Below the pieces are notes generated by a model. That model made no database searches. It saw only the letters and a list, made by a program, of their open reading frames with translations, and had not been told where the DNA came from. From Flavobacteriaceae bacterium (GTDB taxonomy: Bacteria > Bacteroidota > Bacteroidia > Flavobacteriales > Flavobacteriaceae): a stretch of DNA of 32,000 nt. Positions 25,659-32,000 of the stretch are shown piece after piece; position 1 is the stretch's first letter, and every line of letters starts with the position of its first letter. The stretch covers positions 6,422 through 38,421 of the forward strand of contig DASRWB010000009.1 in the NCBI GenBank assembly GCA_035654775.1. Direction: 5' to 3'. The translations under genes and the position numbers were made by a program.

Positions 25659-26048
25659 ATGGCTTCTCTCTTTACAAAAATTATTAACGGCGAAATTCCT
25701 TGTTATAAAATAGCAGAAACCGATGCCTATTTTGCCTTTTTGGACATAAATCCCAATACCAAAGGGCATACACTGTGTATTCCAAAAAAAGAGGTGGATA
25801 AACTGCTGGATTTGGATGAAGAAACGTATTTAGGGCTCATGCAGTTTTCGAGAAAAGTAGGTAAGGCCATAGAAAAAGCGATTCCGTGTAAACGTGTTGG
25901 ACTTACGGTTATAGGCCTTGAAGTGCCTCATGTTCATGTGCATTTGATACCGCTGCACAGCATGGAAAGTGCCCGATTTTTATCAAAGGAAAGTCTTTCT
26001 CCAACAGAGTTTGAAGAAATAGCGGCGGCTATAAGAGTACAATTGTAG
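25659..26048 (+). CDS. HIT-family (histidine triad) nucleotide hydrolase/transferase
   Basis: 129 aa. Motifs include IINGEIPCYKIAETDAYFAFLDINPNTKGHTLCIPKK and the histidine triad HVHVHLIP. Confidence 0.9.
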   Translation: MASLFTKIINGEIPCYKIAETDAYFAFLDINPNTKGHTLCIPKKEVDKLLDLDEETYLGLMQFSRKVGKAIEKAIPCKRVGLTVIGLEVPHVHVHLIPLHSMESARFLSKESLSPTEFEEIAAAIRVQL

Positions 26049-26373
26049 CCACTAAGGCAGTCACAAGGATTAAAAATGCAAATAAAAGAATCCAAGCTAT
26101 TCGCTTTAATTTAAACGAGGTTTTTTTAGGGGAAAAGGCCTTTTGCTGATAGGCTACCACACGTTCAATATCGTCTGTCCATCGGGAAGGATAGATGGTG
26201 GTTTCACAGGTTTTGCAATTCATTTCAAAAATAGTTTCAGAGGTAACCGATTTATAAAACCGGCTGTCTATAAACCGCTGTTTAAAGAGCAAATGCAAGC
26301 CGTTTTTACTAAAACATTCCGGACAATGATTGTTTAAGGCATATTCTTTTATGGTGATATACTGCTCTTTCAT
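26029..26373 (-). CDS. Tail-anchored zinc-ribbon-like protein, function unknown
   Basis: 114 aa. It has two CxxC pairs (CPEC, CKTC) and a single C-terminal TM helix (IAWILLFAFLILVTALVATIVLL). It starts 2 nt after the stop of the upstream histidine kinase. Confidence 0.55.
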   Translation of the reverse strand: MKEQYITIKEYALNNHCPECFSKNGLHLLFKQRFIDSRFYKSVTSETIFEMNCKTCETTIYPSRWTDDIERVVAYQQKAFSPKKTSFKLKRIAWILLFAFLILVTALVATIVLL

Positions 26374-26375
26374 GT

Positions 26376-27548
26376 TTAGGCAGTTTTTAAGGTTATTTGA
26401 AAAGTGGTGCCTTTTCCTATTTCTGAATGCAACACTTTTATTTTACCCTGGTGAAATTCTTCAATAATCCGTTTGGATAACGATAAGCCCAATCCCCAGC
26501 CGCGTTTTTTTGTTGTGTAACCGGGTTCAAAAATGGAATGGAATTGTTTTTTAGGCAATCCTTTTCCGGTATCAGAAACCAAAACTTTCACAAAAGCTCC
26601 CGAAGGGATAATTTCAAGCGTTAAAGTGCCTCTTCCTTTCATGGCATCGATGGCGTTTTTTGCTAAATTTTCAATGGTCCAACTATAGAGTTGGGTGTTC
26701 AAATTTACAAAAACCTTTTGATTCGGAATTACGAGTTCAAAATCTACAAGTTTTGAAGAACGCGCTTTCAAATAGTCGAAAGAAGAAGTAGTTTCTGAAA
26801 CAATATCAGCTTTTTCAAGCTTGGGTAGCGATCCTATTTTACTGAAACGTTCGGTTATGGTTTGCAGTCGGCTGATGTCTTTTTCTATTTCAGTTAAATA
26901 CGCCGGATTTATTTTTTCTTCTTTCAGTATTTCGGTCCAGCCTACAAGTGAAGATAGTGGTGTGCCTATTTGATGTGCGGTTTCTTTGGCCATTCCGGAC
27001 CAAAGCTTGTTTTGGGCTGCGGTTTTAGAGCTTCGGTAAAAGAAATAGACTACTGCGCTGAAGAGAAAAATAATAAGCAAAAGGGCTAAGGGATAATATT
27101 TAAGTTTGTTTATTAACGGCGAATTCCCGTAATACAAAGTTCCAATCACAATTTTTTCGTTTGTATCCGGATCTAAATATGAAATTTCTATAGGAGTGTT
27201 TTCGTTTTCAAATTTTGTAATGAGATGTTCAATGTATTTGGGTTGTTCAATTTTTGTACTGTCTACATTGTTGTAAAAATCTATTTGCATTTGCTCGTTA
27301 ACCACAATCATTTGGTTGTCGTTTTTAGCATCAAGCAATACCTTTGACACGACCGGATTAATATTGTCGTTTAATAAATTTTGTTGAAAATCACTTTGAG
27401 CTGTAGCCCAAATATCCATTTTAGCACGTTGTTCTTCTTTAAAATACTGAAAAAAAACGTAAGTGTTCCACAAAATTAAAGAGATAATAATAAAGGAAGC
27501 AATAGTAATTAACCAGCGGGTAAGATTTCTATACTTAGTAAAAATCAT
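26376..27548 (-). CDS. Membrane sensor histidine kinase, with no adjacent response regulator
   Basis: 390 aa. It has two TM segments flanking a ~130-aa extracytoplasmic region. There is an H-box (ETAHQIGTPLSSLVGWTEIL) and HATPase_c motifs (NLAKNAIDAM, DTGKGLP, GWGLGLSL). Confidence 0.85.
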   Translation of the reverse strand: MIFTKYRNLTRWLITIASFIIISLILWNTYVFFQYFKEEQRAKMDIWATAQSDFQQNLLNDNINPVVSKVLLDAKNDNQMIVVNEQMQIDFYNNVDSTKIEQPKYIEHLITKFENENTPIEISYLDPDTNEKIVIGTLYYGNSPLINKLKYYPLALLLIIFLFSAVVYFFYRSSKTAAQNKLWSGMAKETAHQIGTPLSSLVGWTEILKEEKINPAYLTEIEKDISRLQTITERFSKIGSLPKLEKADIVSETTSSFDYLKARSSKLVDFELVIPNQKVFVNLNTQLYSWTIENLAKNAIDAMKGRGTLTLEIIPSGAFVKVLVSDTGKGLPKKQFHSIFEPGYTTKKRGWGLGLSLSKRIIEEFHQGKIKVLHSEIGKGTTFQITLKTA

Positions 27549-27622
27549 AGATTGTTTTTTGAAAACAGAAAGATAGCTAATTCTGTTAATAATATTGTTT
27601 TTAGATATAACGAAATCATTTT

Positions 27623-27650
27623 TTGTTCATTGTAAGAATAGTTACATTTG
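27623..27650 (+). promoter_or_regulatory. Candidate promoter (TTG-N17-TACATTTG) for the flavin reductase gene
   Basis: TTG at 27623-27625 and TACATTTG at 27643-27650, 18 nt upstream of the ATG at 27668. Confidence 0.5.
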
Positions 27651-27667
27651 TAAAAAATTGATTTTTA

Positions 27668-28537
27668 ATGCTATCCATAAATCCTGAAGATCTAAACCCG
27701 TCAAGACTGCAAGCCTATTTGCAATGTGCCGTTGCGCCAAGGCCCATTGCTTTGGCTAGCACCATAGATGCAGACGGCAATCCAAACTTGTCACCCTTTA
27801 GTTTTTTTAATGTGTTTAGTTCGAATCCACCTATTCTTGTGTTTTCTCCCGCCAGACGTGTACGAGACAACACCACCAAGCATACATTAGAAAACGTAAA
27901 AGCGGTAAAGCAAGTAGTTATTAATATGGTTACCTATTCCATGGTGCAACAAACCTCGCTAAGTAGTACGGAGTATCCGGCAGGCATTAACGAATTTGAA
28001 AAAGCCGGATTTACCATGCTCAAATCGGAGAAAGTAAAACCGTTTCGCGTAGCCGAATCACCGGTTCAAATGGAATGCAAGGTAAATGAAATCATCGCTC
28101 TAGGAAATCAAGGAGGCGCCGGAAATTTGGTTATTTGTGAAGTCATAAAACTCCATTTGAGCGAAGAAATTTTAACTTCAGACAACTATATAAATCAGGA
28201 AGCCTTGGATTTGGTAGCCCGAGCCGGCGGAAGTTATTATTCCAGAGCCAAACAAGGGTTTTTTGAAATTCCTAAACCTTTGTCTACCCTTGGTATTGGT
28301 GTAGATGCCATGCCTAGTCATATAAAAGAGAGTATGATTTTAACAGGAAACGATTTGGGTATGCTGGGTAACGTTGAAAAGTTGCCTACAAAACAAGAAG
28401 TCAAAGCCTTTATAGACGATATTGCAAATCGCTATCCGGAAATAGCGGAAGCTTCACACAGAGAAAAACACAAACTGGCACAAAACTATTTAAGTTATGG
28501 AGACGTAGCTAGTGCCTGGAAAATATTATTATCATAA
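27668..28537 (+). CDS. Flavin reductase-like (FMN-binding split-barrel) family protein with a C-terminal extension
   Basis: 289 aa. The segment AVAPRPIALASTIDADGNPNLSPFSFFNVFSSNPPILVFS is typical of the flavin reductase-like domain. The last ~90 aa have no assignment. Confidence 0.7.
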   Translation: MLSINPEDLNPSRLQAYLQCAVAPRPIALASTIDADGNPNLSPFSFFNVFSSNPPILVFSPARRVRDNTTKHTLENVKAVKQVVINMVTYSMVQQTSLSSTEYPAGINEFEKAGFTMLKSEKVKPFRVAESPVQMECKVNEIIALGNQGGAGNLVICEVIKLHLSEEILTSDNYINQEALDLVARAGGSYYSRAKQGFFEIPKPLSTLGIGVDAMPSHIKESMILTGNDLGMLGNVEKLPTKQEVKAFIDDIANRYPEIAEASHREKHKLAQNYLSYGDVASAWKILLS

Positions 28538-28555
28538 AATTAAGTTTAAAACAAC

Positions 28556-28933
28556 ATGGAAGTACAAGGAAAAATTAAACTCATAGGAGAAACACAAACC
28601 TTTGGAAACAACGGATTTAGAAAACGTGAAATGGTAGTAACTACCGAAGAGCAGTATCCGCAGCATATCATGATAGAGTTTGTTCAGGACAAAACCGATT
28701 TACTGGACAGCTATCAGGTAGGACAACAAGTAAAAGTAGGGATAAATCTTAGAGGCCGTGAATGGGTAAATCCACAAGGAGAAACAAAATATTTTAATTC
28801 TATTCAGGGATGGCGTATCGAAAATTTACAGCAACAACAAGCTACTTCAGAAATGCCACCGGTACCACCGGCTGAAGCTTTTGAACCTGTAAACGAATTA
28901 AACGAAGAAGATCACGACGATTTACCTTTTTAA
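28556..28933 (+). CDS. DUF3127-like small protein with an SSB-type acidic C-terminal tip
   Basis: 125 aa. The N-terminal ~90 aa (MEVQGKIKLIGETQTFGNNGFRKREMVVTTEEQYPQHIMIEFVQDK...) resemble DUF3127; this is from memory. A Q/P-rich linker follows, and the tail ...EEDHDDLPF ends in the same five residues as the ssb product in this window. Confidence 0.6.
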   Translation: MEVQGKIKLIGETQTFGNNGFRKREMVVTTEEQYPQHIMIEFVQDKTDLLDSYQVGQQVKVGINLRGREWVNPQGETKYFNSIQGWRIENLQQQQATSEMPPVPPAEAFEPVNELNEEDHDDLPF

Positions 28934-28950
28934 TTACAATAGGTATAAGC

Positions 28951-28988
28951 AAAAAACCTCAACTTACTGTTGAGGTTTTTTTATTTTT
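28951..28988 (+). terminator. Intrinsic terminator after the DUF3127-like gene
   Basis: Stem aacctcaac (28955-28963) pairs with gttgaggtt (28969-28977). A long T-rich tract follows. Confidence 0.85.
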
Positions 28989-29011
28989 TAAAATTAGAGT
29001 ATTTTTCGGTT

Positions 29012-30376
29012 ATGAATTTCACCCGAGCCATAGAAACCCTTTTTAGACGCTTTTTACCATCGCCTTTTACCATTGCCGTTTTACTTACATTGGTAACTAT
29101 TTTACTGGCGCTTGTGTTTACTAACACTGATTCAGAGACGCCACAGCTATTGAATATCCTTTCCTACTGGCAGGAAGGAATTTGGAACGATGCCTTATTG
29201 GTGTTTGCCTATCAAATGATGCTTATTTTGGTCTTAGGTCATGTGTTGGTGTTAAGTACTCCGGTTAACCGGCTTATTTTAATGGTTAGTAAAAGTGTTA
29301 CCGGTACGGTAAGCGCAGTTATTTTTGTAAGTGTAACTACCATGCTTGTGGCTTTTTTTAACTGGGGTTTAGGGCTTATTTTTGGAGCGGTTCTTGCCCG
29401 GAAAATTGGCGAGTATGCACAAGCCGAAAATATCCCTTTAAATTATCCTGTTGTAGGTGCTTCGGGTTACGTTGGCCTTATGGTTTGGCATGGCGGAATT
29501 AGTGGTTCGGCACCAATAAAAGTAGCCGAAAGTGGACATTTAGCTGAAATCATGCAAACCATTAATCCCACCGTAACATTGCCTGATGCCATTGCCTATA
29601 ACCAAACGGTTTTTAGTTGGTGGAACTTAACCTTGTTCGCTATTTTGCTGATATTGGTTCCGTTGGTACTGGCGCTTATCGCGAAGAAGCTAAAACCTAC
29701 TACACATCATTTAAGCACCTATACCGTAAATGATAATAGCATATCCTCTGAAACTTCAGGAAAGCTGGACAAGTCCAGGGTTTTTGCGCTTTTTTTTGGA
29801 ATGCTCATGCTGTTTAGTTGGTTGTATTTTTATCGGGAAAACCTACGGATACTTCAAATTACACCCAATATGCTAAACGTATTCATGTTTGCTTTAGCTT
29901 TATTATTACACGGAACATTTAATCACTTTTTTAATGCGCTAAACGAAGCTATAAAAGGCACAACAGGGATATTGATTCAGTTTCCGTTGTATTTTGGTAT
30001 CATGGGCATTATGAAAAGCAGCGGACTGATTGTGCTTATTGCTTCAGGAGTTTCTTCGTTTGCCACATCTACTACCTTACCCATATGGACTTTTTTCAGT
30101 GCAGGATTGGTAAATGTTTTTGTGCCAAGTGGTGGCGGTCAATGGGCTGTCCAAGGGCCTATTGTTATTGAAACAGCACTACAACTGGGTGTGCCTTTGC
30201 CTAAAGCTATAATGGCTCTGGCTTATGGCGATCAAATCACCAATATGCTCCAGCCTTTTTGGGCCTTACCTTTACTGGCTATTACCCAGCTAAAGGCTAA
30301 AGAAATTTTGCCTTATACACTTATCGTTATGCTGGTGGGTATTCTTGTTTATACGGTTGGACTTTTATTAATTTAG
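29012..30376 (+). CDS. Short-chain fatty acid transporter family (AtoE-like) membrane protein
   Basis: Polytopic membrane protein. The N-terminus MNFTRAIETLFRRFLPSPFTIAVLLTL is typical of the AtoE/TIGR00366 family. The tracked start at 28970 lies inside the upstream terminator stem, so I use the ATG at 29012. Confidence 0.7.
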   Translation: MNFTRAIETLFRRFLPSPFTIAVLLTLVTILLALVFTNTDSETPQLLNILSYWQEGIWNDALLVFAYQMMLILVLGHVLVLSTPVNRLILMVSKSVTGTVSAVIFVSVTTMLVAFFNWGLGLIFGAVLARKIGEYAQAENIPLNYPVVGASGYVGLMVWHGGISGSAPIKVAESGHLAEIMQTINPTVTLPDAIAYNQTVFSWWNLTLFAILLILVPLVLALIAKKLKPTTHHLSTYTVNDNSISSETSGKLDKSRVFALFFGMLMLFSWLYFYRENLRILQITPNMLNVFMFALALLLHGTFNHFFNALNEAIKGTTGILIQFPLYFGIMGIMKSSGLIVLIASGVSSFATSTTLPIWTFFSAGLVNVFVPSGGGQWAVQGPIVIETALQLGVPLPKAIMALAYGDQITNMLQPFWALPLLAITQLKAKEILPYTLIVMLVGILVYTVGLLLI

Positions 30377-30379
30377 AGA

Positions 30380-31030
30380 ATGCTGCCCGTACCTTACTTA
30401 GACGAAAAACTTATTTTTCCGCCGGTTGATCAAGCTTTGGAAAACGGACTACTGGCTGTTGGAGGCGACTTGTCTGTTGAGCGGTTATTGCTTGCCTATA
30501 AGAGTGGAATTTTTCCTTGGTTTGAAGAAGGCGAAAGTATTCTTTGGTGGTCACCAAATCCCAGATTTATATTGTTTCCTGACGAATTGAAAGTTTCAAA
30601 AAGCATGCAACAACTTTTACATAAACAAGCCTTCAGGGTCACCTACAATACCGATTTCAAAACGGTAATTGAAAACTGCGCTTCTGTAAAACGAACCGGT
30701 CAACGAGGCACTTGGATAACGAAAGAAATGATAGAAGCGTATACAAAATTACACGAAATAGGATATGCAACCTCAGTTGAAGTATGGCAACAAGATAAAC
30801 TGGTTGGAGGATTTTATGGAGTAGATTTGCACCAGGGTGTGTTTTGTGGTGAAAGTATGTTTACGCTTGTCCCTAATGCCAGCAAATATGCATTTATCAC
30901 TTTTGTAAAAAATTCAAATTACCGTTTGATAGATTGCCAGCTATACACGAAACATTTAGCCAGTTTTGGGGCAAAATTGATGGAACGTGCTGATTTTTTG
31001 ACATTTTTGGATGCATCAAAAAACCAATGA
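30380..31030 (+). CDS. aat: Leucyl/phenylalanyl-tRNA--protein transferase
   Basis: 216 aa. The sequence (LLAYKSGIFPWFEEGESILWWSPNPRFILFPDELKVSKS...GESMF) is the canonical Aat signature. Confidence 0.9.
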   Translation: MLPVPYLDEKLIFPPVDQALENGLLAVGGDLSVERLLLAYKSGIFPWFEEGESILWWSPNPRFILFPDELKVSKSMQQLLHKQAFRVTYNTDFKTVIENCASVKRTGQRGTWITKEMIEAYTKLHEIGYATSVEVWQQDKLVGGFYGVDLHQGVFCGESMFTLVPNASKYAFITFVKNSNYRLIDCQLYTKHLASFGAKLMERADFLTFLDASKNQ

Positions 31031-31080
31031 ATAAGGGTAAATTTTTCTATTTTAAAAAAAGGTTTAGGTATGGTAATGGC

Positions 31081-31449
31081 TTAGTCTTTGAACATAAAAT
31101 AAACAGCCAAAATGAGAAAAATAAAAGCGATAAAATGGTTTGCTTTCAAGGTTTCATTTTTAAAGAATACTACTGTAAAAACCACAAAAACCACCAAGGT
31201 GATTACTTCTTGAATCACTTTTAGCTGAACCAAGGTGAATGGTCCGCCGTTTCCGTGAAAGCCTATTTTGTTTGCCGGCACTTGGAACATATATTCAAAC
31301 AAGGCGATTCCCCAGCTAATTAGAATTACAGCAAGTAATCCCAGCTTGTTAAACCATTTCCACTCGGCAAATTTTAAATGTCCGTACCACGCCAAAGTCA
31401 TAAAGGTATTGGACAAAATAAGCAATAATATAGTTGCTAATCCTTTCAT
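31081..31449 (-). CDS. DMT-superfamily small membrane protein (DUF486-like)
   Basis: 122 aa with 4 TM segments. MKGLATILLLILSNTFMTLAWYGHLKF is typical of this family. Confidence 0.65.
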   Translation of the reverse strand: MKGLATILLLILSNTFMTLAWYGHLKFAEWKWFNKLGLLAVILISWGIALFEYMFQVPANKIGFHGNGGPFTLVQLKVIQEVITLVVFVVFTVVFFKNETLKANHFIAFIFLILAVYFMFKD

Positions 31450-31478
31450 AATAGATTGTTGTATAAAACCATTTATTG

Positions 31479-32000
31479 TTAATGATTCAATCCTACTTCA
31501 TGGTACCTGAAGCAGGTAATTTCATGATCGTTTACCATGCCGGTAGCCTGCATATGCGCATACATAACTGTAGAACCTACAAACTTAAACCCGTGTTTTT
31601 TTAAATCTTTACTTATACTATCAGAAACTTCTGTAGTTGCAGGAACTTCTTTGTAGTGATGATGGCTATTTATTATAGGCTTGTGATTAATAAAACTCCA
31701 TATGTAGTCAGAGAATGAACCATATTTTTCCTGAATTTGCATGAATGCACGTGCATTATTTACTGTAGCATGTATTTTTAATTTGTTGCGAATAATACCT
31801 TCATCCTGAAGTAAACTATCTATTTTCGCTTGAGAATACCTCGCTATTTTTTTATAGTTGAAGCTATCAAAAGCTTTTCTGAAATTTTCACGTTTACGTA
31901 AAATGGTAATCCAGCTTAAACCCGCCTGAAAAGTTTCTAAAACTAAAAATTCAAATAAGGTGTCGTCATCCTTAACAGGAACGCCCCATTCGGTGTCGTG
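31479..32000 (-). CDS. tag: DNA-3-methyladenine glycosylase I, 5'-partial (runs off the right edge)
   Basis: The minus-strand frame stays open from 32000, beyond the tracked Met at 31742. It reads HDTEWGVPVKDDDTLFEFLVLETFQAGLSWITILRKRENFRKAF...GFKFVGSTVMYAHMQATGMVNDH, a Tag signature. Confidence 0.85.
   Translation of the reverse strand, partial: HDTEWGVPVKDDDTLFEFLVLETFQAGLSWITILRKRENFRKAFDSFNYKKIARYSQAKIDSLLQDEGIIRNKLKIHATVNNARAFMQIQEKYGSFSDYIWSFINHKPIINSHHHYKEVPATTEVSDSISKDLKKHGFKFVGSTVMYAHMQATGMVNDHEITCFRYHEVGLNH

Noticed and set aside
28970-29011. Tracked start of the AtoE-like ORF at 28970
   Set aside because: Position 28970 lies inside the stem of the strong terminator that follows the DUF3127-like gene (28955-28977). 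The ATG at 29012 gives the family-typical N-terminus MNFTRAIETLF...
31027-31510. Plus-strand ORFs at 31027-31224 and 31268-31510
   Set aside because: They overlap the DMT-family membrane protein gene and the 3' end of tag on the minus strand, both of which have family-typical sequences. The plus-strand products are low-complexity.
1-32000. Search for mobile elements, CRISPR arrays, integrases, transposases, toxin-antitoxin or recognisable defence genes
   Set aside because: None found. Every long ORF is accounted for by housekeeping or surface-protein functions. The only repeats are intragenic (in the giant adhesin gene), the small Cys-tail duplication, and short intergenic motifs.

Overview
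This window looks like a chromosomal, mostly housekeeping segment of a Flavobacteriia (Bacteroidota) genome. The lineage call rests on four things. gldE and gldD are adjacent. A giant cell-surface protein carries a C-terminal T9SS (Por) sorting domain. TAnnTTTG -7 promoter boxes recur upstream of genes. Start codons lack Shine-Dalgarno sequences. I support about 32 protein-coding genes. They include rng, an HU-family protein, mutY, ssb, rplU, rpmA, ahcY, pnuC, arfB, greA, aat and a partial tag. I also call a TPP riboswitch upstream of a TonB-dependent receptor, several intrinsic terminators and several promoter boxes. I found no rRNA or tRNA genes, no CRISPR array, and no transposase, integrase or obvious mobile element. 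The observations most worth a second look are listed here. (1) A tightly packed pnuC / NadR-type ribosylnicotinamide kinase / DUF4301-like gene set, where the 517-aa protein carries UDP-glucose-pyrophosphorylase-like motifs. (2) A DUF3127-like protein whose tail ends in the same DDLPF tip as the bona fide SSB. (3) An untracked 30-codon ultra-basic ORF downstream of the HU gene, resembling bS22/mS38-type ribosomal peptides. (4) A triplicated 618/621-nt module inside the giant T9SS cargo gene that encodes a Cys-framed domain I cannot name. (5) A promoter-proximal terminator-like hairpin in the greA leader. (6) An iteron-like, structured 610-bp intergenic region. All functional calls come from reading the translated ORFs and DNA motifs by eye. 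No database search was run.
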